Assembly (NCBI GenBank): GCA_003566815.1
Contig: PXBT01000189.1
Location: forward strand, 1-40,231
Reading direction: 5' to 3'
Length of the DNA: 40,231 bases
From: Caldisericota bacterium
GTDB taxonomy: Bacteria; Caldisericota; Caldisericia; UBA6126
Positions within the stretch are counted from its first letter, which is position 1; the number at the start of each line of letters is the position of its first letter. Positions 27,728 to 39,300 of the stretch are shown here, piece after piece. The notes beneath the pieces were generated by a model. It searched no databases and was not told where the DNA came from. It saw only the letters and a program-made list of their open reading frames with translations. The position numbers and the translations under genes were made by a program.

Positions 27728-28678
27728 ATGATGAAAAGATCAAGGGCTTTAATGACGATTTGCATGTTTTTTTTGGGAGGGGTTTTTTTTGCTTATGCAT
27801 CACCCTCAGTAAGTATTTATAATGATGATGTGGTGGTTTCAACCCATTATGCAAATCAGGTGACTTTTGAAAAACCTTCCCAGGAGGGCCAATGGATTGA
27901 AACACATATTGATCATGATTTAAATATAATCAAGTATAGCATTGGAAAAGTAGTTACCATTCAAGCAGACGGTGAAAAAAAATCATTTACAACAAATGCT
28001 CTTGCTGTCAAAGATTTGCTAAATGAGCAAAAAATAAAACTAAAGGAACATGACGAAATTAATTTGCCTCTTGATGAGCTGTTAAATGATCACGACAAAG
28101 TGATCATCAAGAGAGTCAAATATAGAGATACCACTAAAGTGGTCCAAATACCCTACAAGATACAGCATGAAGAAAATGATTGGATTTATAATGGCTTGAA
28201 AGTAGTGTGGCGACCAGGCGAAACAGGAAAAAAAAGACAACATTGGCAAGAGCGGTTTGAAGATGGAAAAAGTATTTCCAAAACCTTGATAAAAGAAGAA
28301 ATATTGGTGCCTCCTGTGGACGAAATTATTGCTCACGGAACTTTGATCTTTGAAGGCCCCTATGTAAAAAGATTGCCCATGTTGGCCAGCTCATATAACC
28401 CTACGGTGGAACAATGCGGTCCAAATCCCTTTGTAACATTTTCCGGACTACGGGTTCGATATGGAATTGTGGCTACAGATCCTGAATTTATCCCTCTGGG
28501 CACCTGGCTTTATGTTTCAGGATACGGCTATGCGCTGGCTGCTGATATTGGCGGACTAATCAAAGGGAATCGTATTGATTGTTTTTTCTGGACCAGTCAT
28601 GTGGGAAGTGGATGGCGGGGTGGTCATATTTATGTATATGTATTGGAAGGCAAGCCTGAAGGAGGAAAAGGATTTTGA
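27728..28678 (+). CDS. DUF348-G5-3D domain cell-wall protein (YabE-like)
   Basis: Ubiquitin-like DUF348 segment, G5 (PGETG..PVDEIIAHGT), 3D (VATDP..IPLGT..AADIGGLIKGNRID). Confidence 0.9.
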   Translation: MMKRSRALMTICMFFLGGVFFAYASPSVSIYNDDVVVSTHYANQVTFEKPSQEGQWIETHIDHDLNIIKYSIGKVVTIQADGEKKSFTTNALAVKDLLNEQKIKLKEHDEINLPLDELLNDHDKVIIKRVKYRDTTKVVQIPYKIQHEENDWIYNGLKVVWRPGETGKKRQHWQERFEDGKSISKTLIKEEILVPPVDEIIAHGTLIFEGPYVKRLPMLASSYNPTVEQCGPNPFVTFSGLRVRYGIVATDPEFIPLGTWLYVSGYGYALAADIGGLIKGNRIDCFFWTSHVGSGWRGGHIYVYVLEGKPEGGKGF

Positions 28679-30357
28679 AGTTTTCAACATTGTATATCAA
28701 AACATTAAGAGATGATCCGCAAGAAGCAGAAACCGTAAGTCACAAATTAATGATTAGAGCGGGATTGGTAAAAAAGATTTCTACAGGTATTTATGCCTAC
28801 CTGCCTTTGGGCTTGAAGGTATTGCAACATATTATGAAAGCGGTTAGAGAAGAGTTAAATATGATTGGGTGCAGCGAGTTGCTGCTTCCTGCATTGATAC
28901 CTTCAGATCCATGGAAAAAGACAGGAAGATGGGATCTTTATGGAAAAGAAATGTTTAGACTGTCGGATAGAACTGACCGTTTGTTTTGCCTTGGACCAAC
29001 CCATGAAGAGGTTGTAACTGAGGTAGTAAAAAATGATATTCGATCATACAGAGATTTGCCTTTGTATGTATATCAAATACAAGCAAAATATCGCGATGAA
29101 TTGAGGCCTCGCTTTGGAATCGTGAGAGCAAAAGAGTTTATCATGAAGGATTTATATAGTTTTCATGCTGACAATGACTGCCTTGAGAAGGGGTACAAGA
29201 AAGTTTTCCATGCTTATGAGAAAATTTTTGAACGATGTTCAATAAAAAGCATTCCTGTGGAAGCTGACAATGGAGCTATTGGAGGAGCCTACTCGCATGA
29301 ATTTGTGGCCCAAACTCCTATTGGAGAAACTGCTTATGTGATTTGTTCCTCCTGCGGATATGCTGCTAATCTTGAAGCTGCGCGAAGCAAAGTGGCCATT
29401 TGTTCTTCTCATGAAGAAAGCAAGAAAGAAATGAGTGAAATGGCAACCCCAGGAAAGAAAACGATAGAAGAAGTGTCCACCTTTTTAAATCAGGATCCTT
29501 CAAAATTTTTAAAAACATTATGCTACCGCAATCAAAAAGGAAAAAAAATATTGGCCATTGTAAGAGGCGATGATGAGGTCAATGAAGCCAAATTGAAAAA
29601 AATTGCAGGAGCCGATATTGAATGGAGCCATGAAGACCAGGAATTAATGGGTTTTGTGGGTCCTGCTGGAATGAGTGGTGTTTTAATCGTTGCGGATGAG
29701 CGAACTAAAAAAATAATTAATGCTATTTGTGGCGCTAATAAAGTGGACGCTCATTTTATGAATGTAAACTACGAGCGAGACTGGAAAGCCCAGTTGTCGG
29801 GTGATATTCGAGAAGTAAAAGATAAAGATCTCTGTCCGGAATGTGGCAAAGAGCTTTCTTTGTCCCTTGGCATGGAGCTGGGACACACTTTTGTACTGAA
29901 TGATCGATACACCAAGCCTCTTGAGGTCAAATTTGCCTCAGTAGACGGCAGGATGAAAACTGTTTTGATGGGTTGTTATGGAATTGGGATTTCCAGAATG
30001 ATTGCCGCTCTAATTGAACAGCATCATGACGAAAAAGGGTTGACCTGGCCTGTTCAAATGGCACCTTATAAAGTAATTGTTATTCCAGTAAATGCTGAAT
30101 CTGAAGAGCAAACCATCCTGGCTGAAAAATTATCGAATGAACTAAACAGCAATGGAATATCAAATATATGGGATGACCGAAATTTGTCCCCAGGAGTGAA
30201 ATTTAAAGATGCTGAGCTGATTGGTTTTCCTTATGCCGTTATATTGGGAAAATGTCTGGAAGAAGGATTAGCGGAAATTAAAGTCAGGAAAACAGGAGAA
30301 ACTTTTAAAATTCCTTTAAACGATGTTATCGAAAAACTAAAACAGTGGATGGAATAA
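28675..30357 (+). CDS. proS: Proline--tRNA ligase (bacterial type with editing domain)
   Basis: SHKLMIRAG, LGPTHEE, KYRDELRPRFG..EFIMKD, MGCYGIG; TTG start. Confidence 0.98.
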   Translation: MKFSTLYIKTLRDDPQEAETVSHKLMIRAGLVKKISTGIYAYLPLGLKVLQHIMKAVREELNMIGCSELLLPALIPSDPWKKTGRWDLYGKEMFRLSDRTDRLFCLGPTHEEVVTEVVKNDIRSYRDLPLYVYQIQAKYRDELRPRFGIVRAKEFIMKDLYSFHADNDCLEKGYKKVFHAYEKIFERCSIKSIPVEADNGAIGGAYSHEFVAQTPIGETAYVICSSCGYAANLEAARSKVAICSSHEESKKEMSEMATPGKKTIEEVSTFLNQDPSKFLKTLCYRNQKGKKILAIVRGDDEVNEAKLKKIAGADIEWSHEDQELMGFVGPAGMSGVLIVADERTKKIINAICGANKVDAHFMNVNYERDWKAQLSGDIREVKDKDLCPECGKELSLSLGMELGHTFVLNDRYTKPLEVKFASVDGRMKTVLMGCYGIGISRMIAALIEQHHDEKGLTWPVQMAPYKVIVIPVNAESEEQTILAEKLSNELNSNGISNIWDDRNLSPGVKFKDAELIGFPYAVILGKCLEEGLAEIKVRKTGETFKIPLNDVIEKLKQWME

Positions 30358-30362
30358 AAAAA

Positions 30363-31022
30363 ATGGGAGAATTAACCCTGGTTTCTGTTTTGATACCAGC
30401 TTTTAACGAAGAGCTAACCATAGAGAGCGTAGTGTCAGAATGCAAAAAGTGTTCTCTGGTGGCAGAAGTTATTGTAATTGATGATGGTTCAGAAGACGAA
30501 ACTTTCAATTTAGCGAAAAAAGCAGGAGCCAGGGTATTAAATTATGGTGAAAACAGGGGAAAAGCATTTGCTGTAATGCATGGAGCAAAACAGGCCAGGG
30601 AAGAAATCCTGCTTCTTCTGGATGCAGATTTGATAGGTTTTACTTCTGATCATGCCACACAGCTTATACTTCCTGTATTGGAAGGCATCACCGAAGTAAC
30701 TTTGGGTTTATTTGAGAAAGGTAGAATGAAAACAGACCTGGCTCATACAGTTACCCCGTGGCTTTCTGGACAACGATGTTTGAAAAAAAGTTTACTGCTA
30801 AGCATGGATAATTGTGATCAGGGAAGATTTGCATTTGAAGTTCAACTAAATGAATGGATGAAAAAAAATAATATTATTCCTGTGAAAGTTCCTTTGGAGT
30901 ATGTTTCTCATTTGACCAAGGAAGAAAAAAGAGGACGAAAAAAAGGTTTTAGCACAAGGATGAAAATGTATAAAAACATTGCTTCTCAGTTTTTTAAAAA
31001 AGATAAATATTCGATATATTAA
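30363..31022 (+). CDS. Glycosyltransferase family 2
   Basis: LIPAFNEE, VIDDGS, NRGK, LDAD, LSGQR. Confidence 0.92.
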   Translation: MGELTLVSVLIPAFNEELTIESVVSECKKCSLVAEVIVIDDGSEDETFNLAKKAGARVLNYGENRGKAFAVMHGAKQAREEILLLLDADLIGFTSDHATQLILPVLEGITEVTLGLFEKGRMKTDLAHTVTPWLSGQRCLKKSLLLSMDNCDQGRFAFEVQLNEWMKKNNIIPVKVPLEYVSHLTKEEKRGRKKGFSTRMKMYKNIASQFFKKDKYSIY

Positions 31023-31041
31023 TTCACAAAAGGGGGGTAAC

Positions 31042-31992
31042 ATGGAAAAAATGTTAAAAATTGTTACGGATACAAGTTGCAACTTTACAGAAGAAGAGAT
31101 AGAAAAATATGGAATTTTGGTTATACCCATGGCTGTTCAGTTGGGAAAAGAATTAATCAGAGAAAACTCTGCTTATGATTTTTTTAGTCTTGCTTATCGC
31201 ATTAGCACTGAACGGTTGCTTCCTCATGTGATTTATCCAAGCATTGATGAATTTTTTAAAACTTATTCTTTAGCTTTTCCAAAATTCAGCTATATTCTTT
31301 CGATGCATATTTCATCAAGAATAGCGAGGATTATTGACCAGGCTAAAAATGCTCAGGCTTTGCTGTACGATGCTAAAATTGATGTATTGGATACTCCTTT
31401 GACTGAAGTGGGGCTAAAGCCACTTATTATAAAAGCTGCTCATTTGGCTCAAAAAGGTGATGTTCCCAGACATATCATTTTAAATACTTTGAATGCTCAA
31501 GCTTCAAAATTTCATCACTATATCATTTCGGATGACCAGCGTTTTATCAGAACCAATACTACTTATTCGGGGACTTTTGGGTTTCCTTTAAGCTTTAAAG
31601 GATCCAGGCGAAGATATATTTTCTCTACTACTGGAGGCGATTTGTTTTTTATTGATAGATTTCCTCGTCATGTAGTGATTGACAAGCTGTCTCGAATAAT
31701 TGAAGCAGTTTCAAAAGGAAATCCAGTATACGCAAGGATTTTATATTCACTGGATGATGATTTTGCAAAAAATTTGGCAGAAGTTCTCAAGAGTCGGTTT
31801 GATTTTGATTTAAAAGGAATGGAACCCATGTCGTTGTCTTCTATGTGTAGATATGGACCCAATTCTACAGCTATAGGTTTTTCTTTTGATAAAAATTATT
31901 TTTCAGAATATTGCCCTTCGGATGCTTCAGAAAATGAAACAGACAATAATGTAGAAAATGAAGAAGAGAAGGTCTCTCTCGAAGAAGACTGA
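31042..31992 (+). CDS. DegV family fatty-acid-binding protein (divergent, acidic tail)
   Basis: KIVTDTSCN, HISS, IDVLDT, YGPNSTAIG; G-rich SD before ATG 31042. Confidence 0.8.
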   Translation: MEKMLKIVTDTSCNFTEEEIEKYGILVIPMAVQLGKELIRENSAYDFFSLAYRISTERLLPHVIYPSIDEFFKTYSLAFPKFSYILSMHISSRIARIIDQAKNAQALLYDAKIDVLDTPLTEVGLKPLIIKAAHLAQKGDVPRHIILNTLNAQASKFHHYIISDDQRFIRTNTTYSGTFGFPLSFKGSRRRYIFSTTGGDLFFIDRFPRHVVIDKLSRIIEAVSKGNPVYARILYSLDDDFAKNLAEVLKSRFDFDLKGMEPMSLSSMCRYGPNSTAIGFSFDKNYFSEYCPSDASENETDNNVENEEEKVSLEED

Positions 31993-31995
31993 TGA

Positions 31996-33138
31996 TTGAT
32001 GGGTGTAGTTAAACGCAAATCATATTTTATTTTTTTGCTATTTGTTGTCCTGTTAACCATCGGGGGCTTTTTTTTTCAAAAATGGATTAGCCAGGCATAT
32101 TGGTTTAATCGTTCTGCATTGGCTTTCATAAATAATAACATTGACGGAGCAGTAGCATTTGCTAAAAGAGGCGAACAAGTTCAAATCAAAACACAAGCTG
32201 TGCAGGATTATCATTCTTATAAACTAAATCAGGATTATTCCAAACTTCAAGATGCTTTTCACAAGCATCCAACCTCATTTCATTACCTTATGCAGTACAC
32301 AGAACAATCTATAGCAGGTAGAGAATGGTACAAGGTTAAACCTTATTTTTATTCGCTTCGGTGGGCAAGGTATCTTTCCGCTCAAGGGAGATCCATAGCT
32401 CAGGAAAGTGATGATGCAATAGCATACAGAGGCTTGTTTTATATGCTTTTTGCAAAAAAGATTTCAGAAGATCCTCGAATATCTCATGATTTGGGATCCG
32501 TACTTGCTTTTAGGCACCAATCCATGGAAAAGGCGGAAGTTTTATTGATGGATGCATTGCTGAAAGAGAACAGAAATCCACTCTATTACAGAACTTTGGG
32601 AAGGTTACATGCACAAAGGAACCCTTTTTTGGCTATTTCTTTTTATGAATGCGCCAGAAGAATGGATCCAGGCTTTTATACTACTTATATTAATATAGGT
32701 CGAATCTATTTTAACGAAAAAAAATATACTCAGGCTCATGATTGGTTTGACCGAGCAAAGAAAATCGATCCCAAGCGTGAAAATGCTTACTTTGAAAAAG
32801 CAAGAATTTTCATTGCAAATGAAGAAATTGAAAAAGCACATATGGAATATAGAAGTATTGTTAAGTTGATTCCCGGAGCATGGAGACCAAGGTATCAGTG
32901 GGGTGTTTTTTTGTTTCGTCAAAAGGAGTTTGAGCAAGCTGTAACTCAGCTTACCTTAACCCTTACTTTTAACCCTGATTATTTTTGGGCTTATTTTTAT
33001 AGATCCAGTGCTTATTTCCAGTTACAAGATTACTCAAATGCCATGTTGGATGTTGAAAAAGCTTTGAGCATAAATCCTGATAATGTCAGCGCAGATAGGC
33101 TTTATCAACGAATTAAAAATGAAATTATTAACTCTTAA
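31996..33138 (+). CDS. Membrane-anchored tetratricopeptide-repeat protein
   Basis: N-terminal TM; tandem TPRs (AYFYRSSAYFQLQDYSNAMLDVEKALSINPDN). Confidence 0.88.
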   Translation: MMGVVKRKSYFIFLLFVVLLTIGGFFFQKWISQAYWFNRSALAFINNNIDGAVAFAKRGEQVQIKTQAVQDYHSYKLNQDYSKLQDAFHKHPTSFHYLMQYTEQSIAGREWYKVKPYFYSLRWARYLSAQGRSIAQESDDAIAYRGLFYMLFAKKISEDPRISHDLGSVLAFRHQSMEKAEVLLMDALLKENRNPLYYRTLGRLHAQRNPFLAISFYECARRMDPGFYTTYINIGRIYFNEKKYTQAHDWFDRAKKIDPKRENAYFEKARIFIANEEIEKAHMEYRSIVKLIPGAWRPRYQWGVFLFRQKEFEQAVTQLTLTLTFNPDYFWAYFYRSSAYFQLQDYSNAMLDVEKALSINPDNVSADRLYQRIKNEIINS

Positions 33139-33381
33139 AAAAAGTTTTTTTTATGTCTTGATTCACATAAAAAAATAGCTATTATAGAAACATAATTATG
33201 TGTGAACTATGTGTTGCTTTGTTTAGGCAAGATATGTTTTTTAAGGTGGTAATATTATTTTGAATGCGATTGTTCTTGCAATGTTGAAAAAAAAAGGTAT
33301 ATATTGCCGCATAGGACATTTAGTTTGCTTTATTAATTACAGGAAAAAATTTAGTTTAGTAATGAGTAGGAGGGTATCTTA

Positions 33382-36300
33382 ATGAGAAAATTGTTATCCT
33401 ACGTAGTTGTCTTTTCGCTTCTTTTCTCATCGTTTCAGGTTATTCCCGCATCCTTTACCTCTGTTACTGCAGCCAGCAGAAACAAGGGAGCCACGTTTAT
33501 CGCCAACCGGTTCATCCCGGTAGGGTATGGACGCGATGGCCTCCCCCTGACCGGTGGCCGCCAGTTTCCCTGGCAGGCTACTGCCAACATTAATGTATGG
33601 GGCAACGATGAGTACCCCATGCCGCATGCTGCTCGAGCTCGCGAGGGCAACATCAACATCCCTGCCGTAGCAGGCGTTTCCGATGTTCACCCCGTGCTCT
33701 GGACAGAATTCTTCCTTTCCGTGCACCCCGAAGGCCCCAGGTCCCAATTGGACGATCGCTGGTACGCCATTTTGGACAGTGCCGGACAGTTATGGATGGA
33801 TCCTGACGGTACCTTCCATGATCCCCGCTACAATGCCTTTGCGGATCCCCGCAGCGTCCATTATGTAGCCGGCTCCTGCCGTGATGCCTCCAATCGGCAA
33901 CATGGCATTGACCGCTACAGCGTGGATCCTGTAGCTGACAATAATACCCAGGGCCCCTACATCCTCAGCCCCACCCACCCCCTCTTCACCGACAAGCCCC
34001 TGGTGTTTGAAGCTCGCGGTACCCTCCACGGCAACCGCAGGTGGCAGATTGGTTATGTGGATATGGTGGATTATCCGCCCTTCCGTTTTGTAGCCAACAA
34101 CACCCCCAACGACGAACATGGCGTGATCTTTGATCCCACCGAAGTGCATACCACTCATTGGGATGCAGGCTACCGTGAAGGAGCCTCCAATGTCGAAGGG
34201 CTCGAACTCGTCCCGTTTCGTCGCCGCCATTCCCAGCAACTTAACCCAGGGGATGAAATGTTCCACAAGTACCACCTGTATTCAGGCTGGCAGAGTGATG
34301 TCAACCAGAACGTGGTCTACAATGGACACCTCCACACCCGCGTAGGGGTGTATCGCCCTTATGAATACATCTACCGCAAAAACCCCATCATCGACCCCAC
34401 CGTTCCCTTTCATGCCACCATTCAGGACTATGTCCAGGTGGGCGACATCCGTCTGACCGACATGTCCTTCAGGACCTGGGACGGCTCCACCGTCATCAAC
34501 TACCCGGCCAACTCCGTGGTACGCTTTGGCGATGCTGATGCTCCCGTGGATCATGACGGCAACTGGTGGTTGGAAGCAGATGAGCGAAAAACCCTCTGGC
34601 ACTTCCATCCTGCCCTCAAACACAGCGAAAATGTGCGTGCTTATGACCGCACCCGCTATAACCTGGGCCACCCCAATCCCAATGCATATCACTTGGATGA
34701 TGCCATCTGGGACCTGGCCCCCACCTTTGACACTGAATTTCGTCACGGGTATCAGTACAGCGAATTCATCTACTGGGACAGCAACAACAGCAACCGCGTG
34801 GATCAAGGCGACTGGCGCTTCTCCCCCGTCAACACCCGCATCAACCTGGACACCTACCAGCCGATCAACGGTCTGGGCCTGGTGGGCTTCAATGCCACCA
34901 ACCGCACCCAGGGCGATGTCCTCATTCTTTCCGAGCTCCTTGAAGGCGGCTGCGAAGCTCCCACCTATGATATCTCAGTGCAGACCGACCTGTGGATGGG
35001 CACCGATGCCCACATCGGAGGCGACAAGCCCCTGGTGCCCTCCGTCACCGCAGCACGGTTGCATTCCCCCAACGACGACATCCCTGCCAATGCCCAACGC
35101 ATCCAGAAAAGCACCGTTCTCGATCCCACCGGGCTCGAGTTCTTTGTCCCCGCCACCACCTTCCACAACATTAAACTCCAGTACCGCCAATACATCGGCG
35201 TGCAAATTTTTAAAGACAACGGGATTGACAATCACCTCGGCATTAACTTATCCTCCGATAATTTATATGAACAAAACCTCACCGATGACTACATGCCCGA
35301 ACGCAGAGGCGAAGAGTTCATCGGCGCGGTCAATGGCGTGAACGCCAAGGACTACGGGCAACCCCTCACGCCGTTCCCCGACAATGTGCGCTTTTATGAC
35401 ACCCGGCGTCCCGAGACCTCTGCCGCTGCCCGCTATGGCTGTGGCGAGCCCATCTACCGCATCAGCTGGGACAACATGGAAGCCTTCTACAATGAACGCG
35501 AAGATGACCCTCTATATATCTATGGAATTCAGGTGGGCGATGAACGTATCACAGGCGTGACCGTGCTGCGCGGCAGCAACGAGATCACCTACGCCCCCGG
35601 CACCAAAGTCACCACAGGGGACGCAGATGTAGGCTTCCCTGTTCATCCCTTTGACAGCAACAAATACTTCTTTGTGGACAAAGTCTTCCCTGAGCGCGAC
35701 ATTGTCCTCAACCGTACCTATGACCTGGGCGAACCCATCTACCTCAACACCCAGTTGGGTGTGGACTGGACCAGTCCCAATACTGGCACCTGGACCCCCT
35801 TCCCCTATGCTCAGAGCTTCCCTGCCCTTGACCCTGACACAGGCACCCCCACCAACTACATCACCTATGTGCCTCTTGGCGATGCGCAGTGCCCGCAACA
35901 AAACTACAGCCATGCCACTTCCACCATCCCCGTTTACATTGATGTGGATCAAAGTGGCCGCGTCACCCCGGGCGACATCCGCCTGACCCGGGTGCGCAAT
36001 ACCCGCAGCGCTCATGTTTATTACCCTGCTTACTCCACCGTCCATGAGCACGACACCGACGCCCAGGCTTTCGGTGAAACCGGACTGCCTTTAACCCCCG
36101 TTCCCAACATGGGCATCAACTACTGGTACGCCAAAGCTGATTTCTTTGGGGGCATCCTTGACCTGTGGAACCGGTTCAACGATGTCTACATTGATGTGAC
36201 CAACACTGGCTACGTCTCAGGCACCGGTACCCGTTCTCCCGCCGATAATGCCGACATCCGCCTGACCAATACCTTTGGCTATGGCGTGGGCTCCACCGTC

Positions 36301-39300
36301 TTTGATCAAGGCGCGGACGGCTTGTGGAATGCCATCAATGAAGAACACGATGACCGGGATGTAGGCGAACGCAATCATCCTACGGATAATGTACGTTATT
36401 ATGATATAAATGCCCAGAGTTGGGGACTCAATGCGTTCACCGTTCACATGACGCAGGACGGCCTCTTCTTTATGGATCCCGATGATCCCATGGGAGAAAA
36501 CAATTACACGCCTTATGCCGTTCAGCTCAACCCCATGACCGTGGACTCCCGCTTCATTCGCTTAACCGAAGTAAGCATCAGCAACGAAACCTATGCCTGT
36601 GGCTCCACCGTTTCCAGCGGCGACTTCTGGTACCTCCAGAACCCCGTCCATGGCGTGAGCATGGGCCTCAACTGTGACTTCCGTTTCTTTGATGCCGTGG
36701 TCCAACCCGGACCTGTGCGCGTCAACATCAACCTGTCCGCTCCCTTTAAAGTCGAGCAGACCACCCAGGTGGACATCAGCCTGGTCACCCCCCTCAAAGA
36801 AGGCGAAGAAGCCTGGATCCTCGTGCAGGATGTTCTGGCTCCGGGAGCCCAGGGAGACATCAATCCTTTTGTCAATGTCTATCAACTGGATCATGAAAAA
36901 CAGGAAGTCAGCTTCCAATTTACTCCTTATCGTGGTTCTGCAGGGGAATTTCGCACCAACTACCCCTTGCGCATCTATACCTTCAAGGAAGTCGGCGGTA
37001 TTCGTGAACCCGTACCTCCCAATGCCGGCTCCAACCTCTACGTTGACCCCTTCTATGCCAATTTCCTTGACCAGGATGAATTGGGCCGCATCGTAACCAC
37101 CAATGCGCCTCATCCCCCCACCCCTCCCATCCCTGAACGCATTGCCTATACTTATGACTGCTGGAATAGAAGAAGTTTCATCGTTCAACCTGAAGATTTG
37201 GATATCACTTCAGCATCTCTTTGCATAGAAACATTAGATCAGCGATTTCCCAACCTTACCGTAAGACTTTATGATGCAGACAATCCTGATGATGTTAATG
37301 ATCCTGCCAATATTCGTTTGACCCTATCACATGGCGAAAGGCTTATTGCCAATTATAATGCCACTGGTGGTGGAGTTGACTATATGTTTACCGGATGGGA
37401 TGTCAGAGGACATGAACCTCAAAAAGTTATTGTTCAAATGAATCTCGATGGATCTTATAATTATTGGTACTGGCAGGATGAATATCCTTATGGTGTGCTA
37501 ACGAGAGAATGTGTATTAAGTGAAAAGCATACTGGTTGGGATCGACTCTTGCTTTACAATGCTGATTGCTCCTTAAGAAACACTGCATATCGTGGCGACA
37601 GAGATTTTAGATACAATAATGAAATTACCAGAGGCGATCGATATTACATTGGCAATGAAGATTACTTTACCGTTGAGACTTTTGGTGTTAATGCATTGGC
37701 AACCAGCTATAATGAAATCCCTGGAAACCCAGGTGGAGAACTTAGAATTGCAGTAGCACCCAATGATCCCTCATCAGATCTTAGAATAAGAATTTATACC
37801 ACCAATGCTTTATTTGATTACAATAGCACTATCGAGCATCCCCCCCATTTTATTTATGACACCTCACCTGGAATTGATTATAGTGGTATCCTTGAACTTA
37901 GTGTATTACCACCTGACCCTTATGTTAATTTTGCTGAATTTAGAATTGTGGACCATGCTTTGCAAAATTCTCGAGTCAACTATACCGCAGGAAGCGATGC
38001 TCTTTATGAAATGTCACCACCTGCGCCTCAGATTCAGTCACCATATGACCCAATCATTAAAGATGTAGGAAGAGATTTCCGTGCTTATCCTGGAGGACAA
38101 ACTCATACAGGTCGCGTTAGAGGAATGATAAATAGTGGATCCTTCGTAAGAACTGAAGGCTATCACAATGGTTGGAATGCATATCCTGCCATTTGGTGGT
38201 GGTATTGGTATCAAAATGTCAGTATGCATAATTTTACTGACTTTAACAGACTTGGTACTGAATTTTTCCCCTTAACTGATTACACCATGTACTTTATCAT
38301 GAAAGATGGAGATGGTAATCATCTTACCTTGGATCCCGATCCAAGCATACCTCTAGAAAGAAGAGTCAGGCAATTAAGAATCACAGGACCTTTTATGACA
38401 CCTGAAATGTTCAATCCTCAAAGAGGCGACCTTGTTTCGGATTGGAGATACAATGGAGTGGATCATGTACCCATTAAATATGATTATTCAGGTGAAATCA
38501 TAATTGATGAAACCAATTTCATGGATTATCAAGGCTATTATGGTCAACATGGCTCTGATTGGACAAGAATGCAGTGGAATGGTGGCAATGATGTTCCTTA
38601 TCCATTTATCAACGAGTATCTACGATTTGGTGGAGATTTGGATTATTCCACTGTGCAGGATGTAGTCCGAATTCCTGAAATAATTCCGATTGGAAGCGGA
38701 ATTATTCGTATCGAAGCAATCCTTTGGGATGGAACAGTAAAGATTTATCAAGATTGCTGTGCTGAACCTCCCACGGATGGAGTGGATGTTCATGGACTGG
38801 AAATAGAAACCAATTCAACTGTTGTGGTTGATATGGACAATAAAGTTGAAGTAGTGGTAAAAGATTTTGACTCCATGCAGGAAGTACAACCCGCCAACAA
38901 TGCTGTTGTTGTAATTTGGCAGGATAGAGGAATATTGAACCCTGATACGGGTCTTTATGACGGAGCGGGTGATGGTTGGATCACCAATCCTCCATCTTCT
39001 TCCGAAGCAACTGAAGTACAATATCAATATGATCGTTCTGCTGATATCAATGGTGATGGAAAAGTTTCATTTGCCGATTTTGAAACTGAAATTGTCGGCA
39101 CCTATGACCTAGCAACCAACACATGGATGTCGGGTATTATCGATGCCCGCACCTTCCAGCGCGATAATGGCCGATATGTATTTGACTTGACAGCTTCCAA
39201 TGGAGCATTAATAACACAGACCGGACATGATTTTGGCGGACTGGATCGAGGCGGATTAGGAAAAGAACCTGACCATATAATTTCAGAATTCGAAACCCTT

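Noticed and set aside
28600-28680. T-box leader for proS
   Set aside because: proS overlaps the stop of the upstream gene, leaving no leader space.
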